Source of the DNA: Phoronis australis
Lineage: Eukaryota > Animalia > Phoronida
Reading direction: 5' to 3'
Length of the DNA stretch: 64,000 bases
NCBI GenBank assembly: GCA_002633005.1
Contig: NMRA01000104.1
Span: 140,917-204,916 of the forward strand
The notes under the pieces were generated by a model that made no database searches, was not told the DNA's origin, and saw nothing but the letters and a program-made list of their open reading frames with translations. Both the position numbers and the translations under genes were made by a program. Each line of letters begins with the position of its first letter. Position 1 is the first letter of the stretch. This document shows positions 47,101 through 61,620 of this stretch, one piece after another.

Positions 47101-50100
47101 ACGCAGACACCAGATACAATGCCACCAGCAATTATTCAGGTCTTATATGTCTTGATAGGCGCCAGTATCAGGCAGCAAGAATTGCTTACAAAGTTGCATG
47201 GTTGTGTCCCATGGCCACCTGGAATAATCAGCTGAGCGTCGTGCTTTCTGATTTCGGAGCTTTTAAGCCCAGGATCCATGCATACGGTGGGCCCATAACA
47301 GCTTGATGATGTCGTTGCATTGCAGTCGGTTTCTCACACTAGTTAATACTGACTTCCAGACTGTGCACCGTAGGCATCTCACTTCCGCATGATCTACGTG
47401 CTACCTTTCATCTACTTCTCCTCATACTGTCTTCCACGTTCTTCGATTCCTTTACACCAGCCACCTTCATCAACTTCCATAACAACGATGATGAAAAACC
47501 TCGGCACCTCACTTCGAACGAATCAGTACAACAGTACTCTTTCCCTTGAATTTCTGTTGCTATCTACATAACGCAACTGTACAACTTGTGTTCCTGCATG
47601 GGCTTCACAAAATCTCCTCTCTAACAACTGTTAGTTCAGCCAGAACCACCACATGTTTTCTTTCTTCATCTATCAAAGCCATACCAGAACCCCATCAATC
47701 CCCTAGGAAGTGGTTTGTCAGTCCAAACTGCCCAGTGTCTCCTGGCTACAGTTGACTCCGTTGCTCTGCTTGAGCTTGCTGCACCTTGCCCGATGACGTT
47801 TATCCTTTGTGCCATTCCACTGGTGGAACCACAACACACTCAAGTGCTTGGCGAATGACATCCAGAGCCTGGAAGTGTACCGCTCACACTGGAGAGCCCA
47901 GACAAGGCATGCCTCAAATTTCCACATCTATGGTAATGATGACATGGAGAACCTCAGTAAATTGGCAGATGACAAGACATCGTAGGTAAACTGGATAAGA
48001 GACTTTAAATGGCCTGCACTCGCCAACCACTATTCATTACGCATTGTCTGTCCTAATTCAACCATCTTCTGTTGACCCTACTGACCTCATGTTCACGTAA
48101 CTTGCATTTCTCTGACCCCTTTACCAGTTTACTTCAGACCAAAAACGCCCTCTTGGGCATCACCTCAACACCCTTTCAGCCATCGCATTGCATGTATCTG
48201 ACTCGATTCGGGGTTCCAGTGAAATAAAAGCTTTCTATTTTTTTTAACTGGATGTCACTCTCAGACATAAAAACTGCATTATTTTTACATATAACGTGGA
48301 AAATGAGAATAGCGTGTGGACCAGACTTGGAAATGTTTGCAAAAGACATCGTTCTCAACCACAACTGACCTTTGCCTCTATTCGCAAATTTCAACATAAT
48401 TTTCAAGACATATCAAATGTTTGAAGTGCTATTTTTTCTCAATGGCCTGGCCGTGTCCATCTCTTCAGGCCTTTGATTCAAATATCGATGTCACCTCCAT
48501 TTACTACACAACACCTAATAATCAGCGTGCTTCATTATAACTAGATGGTTTTCAACATCAGACATAGTACCCACCTGCATTTATAATGGCAAGCTTACAT
48601 TTCAATTACTTAGCCGTCTTGCTGATATGGCGTTTTTGTGTTTATCTGTATTAGTAATTGTATCTTCAATATTCTGTATAGTTATACCATAAAAATTGTC
48701 TTTTGTAATTTTGATAGGTGGAATGATCCTCTTTATATATGTTACTACTTTGCGAAATTTTTTCGTCATTATGTTGTTATATTTGTTAATCTGCCTGCAT
48801 GGAACGTTCTACATATACAAGCAGCACATTGCACAAACCGTGCAACCAGACTTAATAGCGCGAGATCGAATTTGGCATTCCAGGACTGGAGTTCTATGCT
48901 TACTGGTACCTAATTTTCATGCTGGTTGGTGTTCTCAATACACAAACAACTCTGATAGACAGTTAACTACATAGGTTTTAATAATCACATGTTGCTGACA
49001 ATACTGAGACTACAGTTTTCTCACCACTGAAGTGAGTGCAGATCCAAGTTGTAATCGCTCCTCTCAATAGAGGTCACTGCAGAGCTGCTGTTACTTGTGA
49101 TTAAAATGTCACAAGCTTCCTTGCAGCACTATATCACCAATAACTCAGTGTCAATCTTTATATCATCACAACAGTTAAGCAATATCTGCCTTTTGCAGTC
49201 AGTGTTGTTCAGCGTCCATTCAGCCAGGCTATAAGACGGCTTGCACCATCTATTGAGAAGTGTAACAAAGCCCCAGTTAGTCAAGACTGGTTGACCTGGC
49301 TTTACAGGAGCATGGGTTGTTTTTGATCCACTTCAACAGTATTGTCTGCACACACATTTCAACTACATTTAATTGAAGTAGCCAGCTGAACGTCACTAAG
49401 ATCTGTGTCGTCTCATAATGTTGAAATTTTATTTGCCACCACTTTATAAAGCACTAAATTTTTATATTAATTTTACTAATTGACATTGTATTCGTCACCA
49501 CATCCATTTCCTTTATTTCCTGTGCTAATATTGACATCCTGCACGCCACGTGTTAGTTTCTGTATCCTCCACGTCCACCACTCTGCAACACAACATCCAA
49601 CAGTTAAGGTATATATTAGTCACCAATTGTACCACTTCACGGCTTACAAGGGGCACTCAAGCCCCTGAATGCTAGAATTTGAAGTTTTTAGGTCATTTTT
49701 AGTAACACTTTGACCATGTTACACATCATTTACAACATTTTTTTTCACATTTTTCAAAACTAAGTAGCCATAGTTCTTTCAAAAATTAAAGACCCTCCCA
49801 GAGTTAATTAGGTCGAGCTAAAACAAGAAAGCAGAGTGATGTTTCCCAAATCAATGAGCCCATTCATTCATTAGGCTACAGTAACTCTCAATATTAAGGA
49901 ATAAAAGATAAGGACTGCACTCCGAAAAATGAAGCTTTAATAGATGGCACTGCATGTAACATTTCATTCACACAACTGGACATACTTAAGGGATTTTATC
50001 TAAATTAAAAATATTTTTAATCATACCTTAAAACATTTTTATTAACATTAAAACCTTACAATTTCAAAAAAACTGGAAAATTACATGTACTTTCATACAC

Positions 50101-51764
50101 ACCCACGTGTCTTTACTGTAGTTTTAGTTTCACTTCCTCAAGTTTATAGTTTTGTTTAATAATGAAAAATACCTAGTGTAACTAAAGGCAGGTGGTGGGT
50201 TAAAGTCATGACCAATATCACAGCAAAGCCAGTGGACATGGGTGAGGGTAATGTAATGACTCTTTTGTTAAACCATCACACAGAGTGAGAAGAGAACGAA
50301 GACTGTGCAATTTCAAGTTCATAACATCTACCACAAGAGCATTTACAGCCAACCCAAGTGTATAGTACCTAAGAAGCACTAAACCTGGCTCATGAACCCA
50401 AAATGTGCATTCTCGTGATTATTTTCTGTCCTAACAAGAGAGACATCTCGTCAGAACAGGCATGCATTCCATAAATGCGAGGAGTCAAGGACCTCACAAA
50501 GGGAGCTGGTGTGATCACGTGCATCCCTTGCAATACATTGTGATATCTCATGAAGTCTTGCCTGGTTCTTGTATCTACGGAATGCTTACCAAGTCATCAC
50601 TATGACAACACGTAGATGGGCCACTCTCTTCACTAACATGGTGCAAACTGCAGCAGCCTATTTATTCCCATGTTAATCTTCATTTGTGCTAAGTTTCACT
50701 AACTGAGCAGGTACCACACTACGCAACTCATATTTCAATCATTCGTCCAATAAAGCAGAAAAAATCAGAATTCCAAGCACTATGCTTGAATTCGTGTTGG
50801 GAGAACACTGGCTTTTCACAAGATCAATAACTGTTCATTCAAAAAGGTACACTTCTTCTGTTATGAAACTTGAAAATGAAGTAGTATTATTGAATTAGTG
50901 CTTTTCTCACTACAATGAACTTAGGACACTGGATAGATCCAACTAAAGCAGTTAGAGCACTCTCACCATATTTACCATTCAAAATCTCATAAAAAGCAAA
51001 ATCAATATGACTGAAGTTTCTTGCAAGTGTACTACAGTAGTAATTCTCCAAGAAGTTTTTGCTCGTATGTGCCATACAAAGCAATATCAAAATGGGCCTT
51101 GTGGAAGCCAACGAATGTTGCACCCGGTGACATATCCATGATACCAAACCTTGGAAGTTGGAACCCATTCACAGATTATGCCAGCTTACTACCACACAAA
51201 GCAAGCTCCATTCACAGAAGTCTCACTCTATCAGTCAACATTGCTACCAGCAGTTGTTCTGCGTTGCACTCTTACGTTAGGCCACATGACTAGCTGTTCT
51301 AGCAAGCTCTTTGATAGCACGATGTGAAAAACTTCTACACAATAAAGCTTTTGCCCGGCAAGTATTAGCTCCACCATGCTAACTTGCTTTTGCACAGCAG
51401 GAATTCACCTGGTTTCTTAGACCTCATGCTGGTTTTCCACCTGGAGGCAGTTTGACCTCTTGCAAGTTATGCTACAAGGTGGCAATTTGTCCCACTTTTC
51501 TATGTTGGAAATCTACAAGGGGCTTACTGTTTCCAGGTGGTCTAGTGATTGTCAACAAGAAAGGGTCTTGGGTTGTACAAGCAGTCACACCACCATATAA
51601 CTATCAATTCACACTAGATACTATTAATTAAAACAAAATAAAATAAAAATAATTGAGTAGTGTTATGTCCATGAAAGTTGGATTTTTTTTCACTTAGTGC
51701 TTGTATTTCCAGACATATTATATATCCACCTATGAGCTGTGAATGAACACATTCAATGTATACC

Positions 51765-53034
51765 CAGGACTGCCAACCCATTGAAGACGAAGGCAACCTT
51801 TTTTCATGTCATTATTAGCAAAAATAAGGTTCGGTGATTATCTCAGACATATTTTTCACTTAATGACAGCTTTTCGTAATTTATTTAATTATTCATTCTC
51901 TACTATGGAAGTGACGTTTTGGCAGGCAAGAATTTCGTGTTTGTTCCCGTTAGCGAGACGACAATGAGTACATCCCGGTAGGCAGCAACAGTGTGGCATG
52001 TTGACCGACTCGTAAACAAAAGCAAACGATGACCGATCTTAATACAACCCAGATAGAACAATGACCGACTCGGCAGCTCTCACAGTCAAGACTATATGAA
52101 AAGAAATTGGCGCGAAATTCTTGCCTCCCAAAACGTCACTTCTAGAGTAGAGAACAAGTAATTGCTTAAATTACAAAAAGCTGTAATTAAGTGAAAAATA
52201 TGTCTGGGATAATCATTGAACCATATTTTTGCTAAAAATTATAAGAAAAATGGTTGCCTTCGCCTTTAAGCATATAGGCCTCATCTGTAACCTTCATGTT
52301 AAAAATCTGTATTTCGCAAGTGAAAACTTGTACGATTCAAAATTTAAATTTCAATTCAAGATGGATTGATACATACCAAAACAACAATTTTCAATTTCAA
52401 ATCGTATTTAACTAAAAAGGCAACAATATGTAAAAACCCAACTCATCACATCAATGTTTTTCAGTTGTAGCTATTGTCATGGTTGAGTTCTTCCCAAACT
52501 ACCATGGCCCCACAAATTCCGATATCTCATAATTCCTGATCCATGACCCATTGTAAGGTTCTCAGTGTAGAAGTCAGTATGACCACACGCAGTGAATTCC
52601 TTTGAATCCTATACCTTTTCTGAATGTAATCTAATGTAATTTTGCTCTCAACATCTTAACACAATTTTCAAAGCATACGATATCCCAACATCCACATCCA
52701 AGTAAGCGCGCTTTTCATTGGTCTGTCCTTCACAAAGTAACTGCAACTGATCAATCACAAAAGGGAAATTTTGCACGCAAATTACATTATATACTGGTAC
52801 TCAGAATACGTCTTATTGGTCAAATCTTGCGTTCACAACGATTTCCGTCTCAATCTTCACCAATATGGTGCTTCGAAACACAGAGAATTTTAAAAATCCT
52901 TCTTTTAACTTTCATCCGATTTTCTTGAAGAGAAATAAATGCTCAAATTCCTCAACATATGAAAATCTCCATAGTGATTTTAAGCCCTAAAAGCATGTAG
53001 AATACGGATAAAGCCCAAACAGTTGGCAGCCCTG
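51765..53034. mobile_element. hAT-like non-autonomous element containing a nested MITE
   Basis: TIRs CAGGACTGCCAAC / GTTGGCAGCCCTG; flanks TATACC / TACACC. Confidence 0.65.
51785..52266. mobile_element. Kolobok-like foldback MITE with about 155-bp TIRs
   Basis: AGACGAAGGCAACC...GGCAAGAATTTCG mirrored by CGAAATTCTTGCC...GGTTGCCTTCGCCT; flanks TTGA/TTAA. Confidence 0.8.
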
Positions 53035-53058
53035 TACACCACACCATAATGGTATTTT

Positions 53059-53571
53059 CAGTGCTTGGAATGACCAGTGACAAAAAACGCGGAAACTTTG
53101 GAACTTTTACGGCCCAAATCATGCCCGATAACCAGCCTTGAATTGGTCAATGTGAACCTTTCCCCGACAAAAATAGGGAGGACTATAAAAAAAAACCTTA
53201 TCACCATCACTAGCATGCGTTTGCGTCCTTTTAGCTCGCCCGTCCACTCCCAACCCACACATTTTTGGCTGCAGAGGGATAGTATTTGTCGCCACGCTTA
53301 ACACTACCACGAGACGCTATTAAAAATCCCACCACGCTGTCCCGCTGTCCCAGATGCCCCGGCGATGTTGACAATTTACGTTCCTCCGAAACATAAAGAG
53401 CAACTTCCGCTTTTCGAGGTGAACGTCGTCTGCAACGACGAGGTAAGAAAGGAATTTGCCGCGGAAATTTTATATCAAATCAGATTTTTTTTACGTGGAA
53501 ATATAAAAAAAGCGGAAAGCACATTTGAAAAAAGCGGAAATCCACGTTTCCGCGGAAAATTCCAAGCCCTG
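53059..53571. mobile_element. hAT-like element, 6-bp TSD
   Basis: CAGTGCTTGGAAT / ATTCCAAGCCCTG flanked by TATTTT; subterminal GCGGAAA repeats. Confidence 0.85.
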
Positions 53572-55421
53572 TATTTTCCACCTTATTCACAAACAAAACG
53601 AGGACAAATGAAATTTCTCAACAAAATAAAGATGACAACTTTTTTTGTCCAATCTTAGGTTGGTTTGTACAGTGTAAAAATCGTAGACCTACGTTTGGCA
53701 AACTTTGCATTAGTTGCTGCAACAGAATCAGCCTTTCACAAATAGCAAACCAATCCCGCCATTTATTTTTGTGTGAAACAAGTGAAGAATTACCATGCAC
53801 TTAAAGGTAATCAATATCACAAGACATTTTCAACAATAACTAAAGAAGAGGCTTTTCACTCCATAAAAAAATACTCTCGTAGTGTTTGACAATAACATTT
53901 AGGTGTTAGACTTGGAGATTCCTAGGTGTGAAATTACTCCCATTTTCCGAAACATGGCAGAAAGCCGCGTATCGTCAAGTGTGGGAAGTGGCGAGACATG
54001 TTGGAAACGCCAGACTTTTTCCTGTACAGTACGGCAGGACAAATGAACCAGTACAACGGTACTTATTGTTCTTTAAAGTTAACATTCGGTAGCGACATCG
54101 TCAGCGAGTGGGAAGAAGATGTGCTACTCAACTCCTTTGTCAGTTAGCACAAATATTGCAGTGTAAAAACACGTGAGAACCACATTTGGATTTTGCCGAG
54201 GCAGAAGCTTACGTCAGTGTAAAATTATTGTTCACAATAGCTGGCATGCAAGAACATTTTATCACGACACATCAAAGGCCGTAGTGCAGAAGAGAAAAAT
54301 TTCAGATCACACAGAAACACACACACACAAACACATAAATGCTTCTAATTCACTACACTTATGGTAGTTGTCTCCTTCAGATACGAAACAATTATCAAGT
54401 GGCGTGTTTCAATCAAATATCATGGACAACACTTGACAAGCATTCCTTCACAAACCAATACTGGTTGACACATTGGTTGAGAAAAGCGACATGGAAAATG
54501 TTCGACTTGTCTTGAAGGCAAAAAATGGGCAAGAAATCAATGTTTGATTGTGTGGCAGTGTGCTGACGTTTTCAGGTAATGGGCATCAGACTTTCCTGCA
54601 GTAACCTAGCTTCATATCTGGATTCATATTTTTCATCAAATACTTAGAAAATATGATTTCAAGTTTTTCAACCTCTGTTTAGGGAATTAGATCATCATGG
54701 AAAATGCCAACATGAAAATGTTTTGATGAGTTGAACAGAGAAATATTGGCTTATTTATCTTCAACGTTGCACTTAAAAAAAAAAAACAACAAAAAACGGA
54801 ATAACTTTTTACAACATAACTCGGAAGCCTGCTTAAGCTGTCATCTATGTTCACACTCTGAACATATTCCCAATTGCTTAGCGTGCAGTTAAAGAGCAGT
54901 TATCATTTTTGCATAACTTGTCGTAAGTCTAAGTAGTCACCATTATCTAACTCACACACAGGGGAAACACTTGAACTTATCTGCATGCTTGCACTTGTTC
55001 AAAAATTGTTACAAAACGTCATCAAAAAAGCTGAACTCCAAAATCACAGTTCATAACTCACGAGAACCCACAACCAATCCAACGGAAGCTGGGGATGGCT
55101 TTAGTACATGACGTTGAAGCGGTTATGTGCTCCACAGGTTATGACACACATTTTGTACATGTAGTTTTTTTTTGAAAACTGACTGATGACGACCAACTAC
55201 CCATTAACAAGTCCTTCACAGATCAAACCATGTGCTAAATGTTTTCCGTATAACTTGATGAGTGGTGTGGCCCAACATATGCAGTGATAGCAAAGTCCTG
55301 GTATTTAAATTGCGCCGGAGAAGCACGGTGCTAAGGGTGTGTAGTTTAGCCAGGTAGCAAGTAGTAACTTTTCAATCTTCCTAATTTCATTACTTCTGGG
55401 ACTCCCAAAGCATACATGCAG

Positions 55422-55557
55422 CCATGCCTGTATATTCAACCCATGCCTGTATATTCAACCCAAGCCTGTATATTCAACCCAAGCCTGTATATTCAACCCA
55501 AGCCTGTATATTCAACCCATGCCTGTATATTCAACCCAAGCCTGTATATTCCACCCA
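55422..55557. repeat. 19-bp minisatellite, about 7 copies
   Basis: Unit CCA(T/A)GCCTGTATATTCAAC repeated head-to-tail with no spacers. Confidence 0.95.
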
Positions 55558-56173
55558 ATATCTACAAAACTATAGAGTTAAGCTCTGCCAAGTACATATT
55601 TTTAAAGTATCAAGTTAATTTTGCCTCTGTACCAGTCTCCTACTAATTCAGTCACGTGACCATGTCTTCTTAGCAAAGTTTAGCAAAAATTTAAGTCCAT
55701 GCATAACAAAGCAGTATCAATAACACGACCAAATTTTGTTCAATATCAATGTTCAAGTTCAAGATGATAGTTTTCTAAATTATATTGTTTCCGTTTTATG
55801 CAACTTATTTTTTCATAAAGATCTATTTTGATAGATGATCTTGCAAAAGTGGAAAATTTCAAAAACAATTCCTAAAGAGTGTTTTGGAGAACAGTGCAAA
55901 AGCATGGTATCTGAAACCTTCACGTCAATCTTATAAGGCATTACTGAGGTACGATATTCCTAAGTTTGCCAAATTTGACCACTTTGTGAGGGTCCAACAT
56001 AACCATCAACAAGTCTGAACAGATCAAGGCCCATTCATAATCTACGAAAGAACTCAAATCAATTGAAAGTATAATATCCAAACAATGCTGGATGATCCCC
56101 CAACACTGCATATGTACACCTAAGATCTCCCAACACAGCATACGTACAGCTACTGTTAAAATCGTGGCTATAC

Positions 56174-57550
56174 CTTTTTGGAGGCTCCACTGCCAGACTC
56201 CTCTTCCTGACGCTTTTCGTAATGGTTGAAGTCATCAAAAATTGAAGTGTTCAGCTTGTAATTGTGGAGGATTTTCAGGACCTGCTTGCCCTTCTCTGGC
56301 AACACTTCCTGGGTGTCCCTCGAGTTTGTAACTGGCTTATTCTCATTGTTCTCCAACCGAATGTGCCGCAGCTCACTGTTAGGGACGTCCTTCACATAAA
56401 TCCATTTCACCACAAACTTTCCCTTCCACTTGTCCTGGGCCCACACACCAGTGCTACTACTATGGTCCACAGCAGACATCATCTGGGCCATTCCACAGAA
56501 ATGTCCACTACCGTTGACACTATACAGCAGGTACACTGGGCCCTTCCCATCGCGTTCTTTGAATGCCTCGTCCAGCCGCTGGTTACCCCGTTCTGTGCTA
56601 CACCAGATACTATACTTTATAGACCGGTGAATATCGTCCTCTGAATAGCTCTTGATGACAAAAAAGCGTGCTCCTCTAGGGTTTGTATTGAAGTCACGAG
56701 GGTTGAAATTATTGGCTGAGCGCAGCTTGTCCAACACAGGGTTTGAGGGCGTGGGTGCACTCGACACATCATTACCAGTTGAATTAGCCTGCGAGTTTGA
56801 ACTGCCAACATTGGAGCCACCCCCATTGACTGATGGTCCAGTGCTATATGGGGTTATCCCTGCTCCTCGGCCCCTCGGAGCTCCCCACGCAGGACGGGAC
56901 TGGGTAGCTGTTTGCTTGCCAGCCGAGTTCTTAGAATCCCACGTTCCAAAGTCCATGTTGTGCTTCGACGGATGTACAGGAGCACGCGGGGTAGATTTTG
57001 GCTTCACTTGTGGCTGGGGTCGTGCTGGCTGGCTGGCAACAGAAGCCCAAGATTTTTTCTTAGGGGCTTGAGTCACAGAGGCCTGCGCAGTGGGCACAGT
57101 CTGACAGCTGTCAACTGACTGCTCTAGTCCAGCATCATTCGGATTATCACTAAAATTCACATTCTGCAAGCCTTGATCAATGTTCTGAATATTAAGATCT
57201 GCCTCCCCATTCATGGTGCCGTATGCATGCATCTGGTCAGCTCCATAATAGTCCTCATAGCCGCGAAGGTCAGTCTTGCCCGCTTGAGTACTATTGACCC
57301 AGGCGCTGTAATCATTGCCGGGGAACCAACCAAACCCTGCCTGGCTATAGTCAAATCCACTCAACATAGTGCCATTATTGTAATCACTGCTCACTTGTCC
57401 ATAGTTGCCAAAAAACGACATCGGATCACCACTGGACCAGGCATTGGCCTCACTCAAGTACGAGAAGGAGACATTCTGCGGATAATAGCTCTGCATGTAC
57501 GTTTGATCAGTCACATTTGGGCTTGACATGGGCGCTGAACCGTAGCCTCC
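56174..57550 (-). CDS. YTHDF: YTHDF m6A reader, large coding exon 4 with low-complexity region and YTH domain
   Basis: [60 protein letters not shown]; CAG acceptor 57553-57551; ends at AAG|GTATAG (or reads through to a stop at 56168). Confidence 0.97.
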
Positions 57551-59858
57551 CTGAGTAGAAGTGTTCCCAAAGGCAATATGCAAGAGAAAAGGAACAGTGT
57601 TAGGATAATTGTTTCACAGATTAATTCACTGTAATGTAATGTGTTCTTCAGAGTTCACCATCAGTGTACTCACACTCACATTCACTCAGTCCCAAGCTAT
57701 GCTTAGGTGTTCAGTACGACACAGCGTCAAGATGATCCCTCTCTGCCACATATACACAACCAGCTAAAAACTGTGCCAGGGGGCATGCAGGAGACCACAG
57801 GAATGTCTTGAATGGGGCAAGCACAATGGCAGAGATGGAGTTAACACACTTTTCCCCTATGAAAAATATTTTTAAAAAAGCATATGAAATCTCCTTTGTC
57901 AGGCTAAAAAATTTGCTATGGCGATACAATGTCAATTTGAAACAGCACGAAACGTTAATTTTTGGCTAATTGAGGCAGAGTGGATGAGGGGTAGCGACAA
58001 GGGGCTTGCGGGATGTCGGGGCGTGTTACTGATGGTGACGGGGAGAATTTCCACTCTCCTGAAAAACTTCCCCTCCATCTTTCCCCCTAGATAAATGAGG
58101 GTACTGACATGCCATGCCAAATTTAAATTCCCCTAAGATGAATTTGTCTCCCAGTAAAGATTAAAATGTGTATTTATAACTCTTTCATGTTCTTAAAAAG
58201 CCCATTTGATGTGAAAAGGTGAAAGGAAAACCTGGGAAAAACAAACATAGCCTGACACTCATGGAATTATCTTTAAGATGCAGTTACCTTGAATATTGAT
58301 CAAGTTCTACGAGACTTTCTAGTAAAAAGCTGTTTATCATAAGCATGCGATCATAAAGGCATATTTGTACAAAAGACGATCAATACATAGATGGACATTT
58401 CTCATCAATAATTACCAACATGACACTAAACTAGGTATTCAAGGATAGGTATGAGGCAAAAACAGTTCCGCAATACACAATACAGATCTAACAAAATACC
58501 ATTAGGAAACAAACACAATCATTTATTTGATCTTCCACATTTCACCTTTCATATAATCTACTGCATCTTGTCCTGAGTAAAAAAAGAATTGTTGAAACTA
58601 ATGCAAACACAGTTATACAAAATATGGATAATTATAAGCACCACAGGGTGCTGGAGTTGCACAACTAAAATATAGAACGAGTGGAAAATATCAACAGCAG
58701 TGAACAACCTCTTAAACTATTAAAAACGGCGATTGCTGCATTACAATCTAACCTGGATTCATTGATCGATCTTGAAATTGTAATTGCTATATTTTACAAT
58801 CTATCACCATCAGGAAGTTTCAGCTGGAATTTGTATTGATGTTTTAAAGACACTGGCTGTAGTGTGACTTGGATGTTGACAAGAGTTAGTCTTGACTGCA
58901 CATCTGCTAACAGTATACAAGGAAGCGATCAAGCAAAAGAAAAACAAAAAAATAAAAAATAATATCCAAAAAACAAAAAAAAAAACAAAAGTGGCTTATC
59001 AAGTGAGTATCTAAGAGAAGGTGGACTCATGGTTGTAACGGTCACAGGAATAGAGTAGCAAACCAATGCTCCCAAAATAACGGGGAAAAACGATCACAGT
59101 CGAGATGGAGGCTGGAGTTGGTTGCTCAGTAGGACCAGAATATCTGTATTAATCAATACTAGAACGTGCGCTGAAAAGGCCGTGGTTGCGGTGACGGCCG
59201 ACAAGGCTGCAACTGACAGAAAGCCAATGACATCAACTAGATTTGTAATATCTTGCAAGGAAGGGCAAAACTGGCAGTGTTAGGAGTTGCAAGAGCCTTC
59301 CATCTCAACCAGGACATCTGCTTTTACATAATATCCATTTCTTGAGGACATGCCCTCACACACATCCAATTACTGTTACTATCCTCAAAGTTTATAACAA
59401 AGACATTCAGACAGTTAACAGTTTAATTTAGCCATACATCACCTTTAAGAGAACTTGCACTTCAAAGAGATGCACATTTCACTTGGAACAAAATTGACAA
59501 CTATACAAAGAACACACAGGCTGTCAAATGTTGCACCTTATACATCACTAGTACAGTAAAATCTCACCTATTTCAGACAAAAATTAACTACCAGAATTAG
59601 CCTTTTTACATTTGTAAACGGTTCTAACATTGTTTTGATGTCACAACGACTCAAAACGTCAGGTGGTAGTTATGGTATGCAGTTTACACATAGAGAACCA
59701 TTAATATGCCACTACATATCTTTCAAGAAAAAAATAAGTGAAATTACAGTTGTCGGCCATATTGTGTCCTAAACTGATGGGATTTACCGTGACTGCGAAA
59801 CCCGTATTCAAGTTCACTCACATCAAATTCTTCAATAAAAGTAACCACCAAACATTAC

Positions 59859-59932
59859 CTGATGTGGCTGACTTTGTAAATAAGCCTCGAAATCACTGTC
59901 CTTCACTTCCTTGCTATTTGGGCCATTGGAAA
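59859..59932 (-). CDS. YTHDF: YTHDF coding exon 3 (74 nt)
   Basis: (V)SNGPNSKEVKDSDFEAYLQSQPHQ, resembles vertebrate VQNGS...DFEPYL; TTACAG acceptor and GTAATG donor; phases fit. Confidence 0.88.
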
Positions 59933-61620
59933 CTGTAATTGTAAGAAAAACAATGTATTTTCTCCAAATGATAATCATTGATACAACAAATACGAGACCC
60001 AGTCATTACCGTTAGAGCCCAAAATTTTCAGGGCCCCAAACTTTGCATATTGTAAATATGCCACATGCAACCACACGAAAATACCAGGTCGTCAAATGGA
60101 AAACAAGGAAACACAGCACACAGCATTGAAAATGTCCTGGCAATCACAAACAAATCATAGTTGCCAGCATTCGTAACTGAAAAAAAACAGGACACTTGAA
60201 TTAAAAAGTGTGATATCTCGAACTATGAGAAAGCAAAAGGAATGAATATCCACCAGTAAAAACCCAAAATGCCCAAGTGACATTTTTTTGGTCGAATGGA
60301 AAAATAGGGATGGACCATGCACACAATGACGACACATTTTCTGATCAGCTCCTACCAAGGGAAAGTGACTTCTGGTTTGATTTTAACCAGATCGCTAAAC
60401 AGAATATAACGTCACATTAGCGAGCTAGATTTAATATCATTTCGTTAAGATTTCCATCATTCCATGGGCTTCTTCCGGAGCAAAAAATGCAAACATGGCG
60501 TGTCGTGTTTTCACCTTAGTCAGGGATCAGGTAGGTCACCAATGCAACCTCAGATTTTATTTGGCGGCCTGGTAAACATCCAAGGCTACCACGAAACATC
60601 CGAGCACGCACCCAAAATAACTACAGAAGTAAACAAATGGAAGTTGGCACTGCAAAAAAAAATCGGAAGAGCACAATTGTGCTTCTCTATCCCAGTTGTG
60701 TCTGGATATTGGGATCAAAGGGTAGAAATTGGACATCAACGGGCATGCAGGTCGCTCCCAATTTTATCAATTTTACCCTCTTTTCACCTCAGTTATCTAG
60801 TTTATTTTTCATTTTCCCTTCTTGCCGTGAAGGTTAGTTCACTTATGAATTCTACCAGGTGACATGCGACGAGATGGCATTATATTAAGCATCCAACCTG
60901 GTTTCAGCTAAAAACAACTAAAATTACGTTCACTATTATCACTCTTCTTCACAAGAAAAGAATAAAAATAGGTACTAATAACATGTGGCTAAGCAAGAAC
61001 TTTTGAAACATGGCTCGGGATTTCCGCATGGTTCAGGACCAACGTAGAACAAAAGGAGTGGCACTGAATGATAAACTAGATTTAACGAAATTTACTGCTC
61101 AACTTACGTCAATGAATGTTGTGTTTGCGAGTGTGTGCATGCGCGTACGTGTGTGTGAATTTAGTCCCAAGCCATGAGTCCCTCTACACATGCGAGGCTA
61201 CACAACCAGGAAGTGAATGAGACCCAAATGTTCCAGTGAATGGGTTATCATAAACTTATAGATAATATTTAGGCATACCTCCAAATATCTTTTAATATTA
61301 CTATTGAACAAAAAAAAAATAATTCACAAGCTTCGAAACAAGTTCACACGACCAGTAAATAATTATTTGCTCGTTATTTCGTGCACATCCGTAACACACC
61401 ACAATGAAATAATTACTGACTACATGTAAGAACTAAGTTGCAGAATCTACAATAGGATATACACATTTTTCATTTTAAAAATTCTGTTTAATTGAAACAA
61501 TGACAACGAAATTTCCCACGTCCCCCACCCATTTCTCTCCTGCCCTCGACTGTTTGCCTGGCGGGAAATATCGCACAGGTTAACTTCATAAAAAATTCCT
61601 AAAAAGAATTAATTACATAC

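Noticed and set aside
50880-51590. Possible decayed coding/transposase fragment
   Set aside because: Slightly higher GC but no motif I could identify in any frame
55422-55557. CRISPR-like array
   Set aside because: Head-to-tail 19-bp units with no unique spacers, eukaryotic context, no cas genes: a minisatellite; the overlapping short ORFs are by-products
56264-57526. Plus-strand ORFs of 66-139 aa
   Set aside because: Antisense shadows of the YTHDF exon
57551-57583. N-terminal extension [11 protein letters not shown] of the YTHDF ORF
   Set aside because: Intron sequence upstream of the CAG acceptor; the true N-terminus comes from three upstream exons
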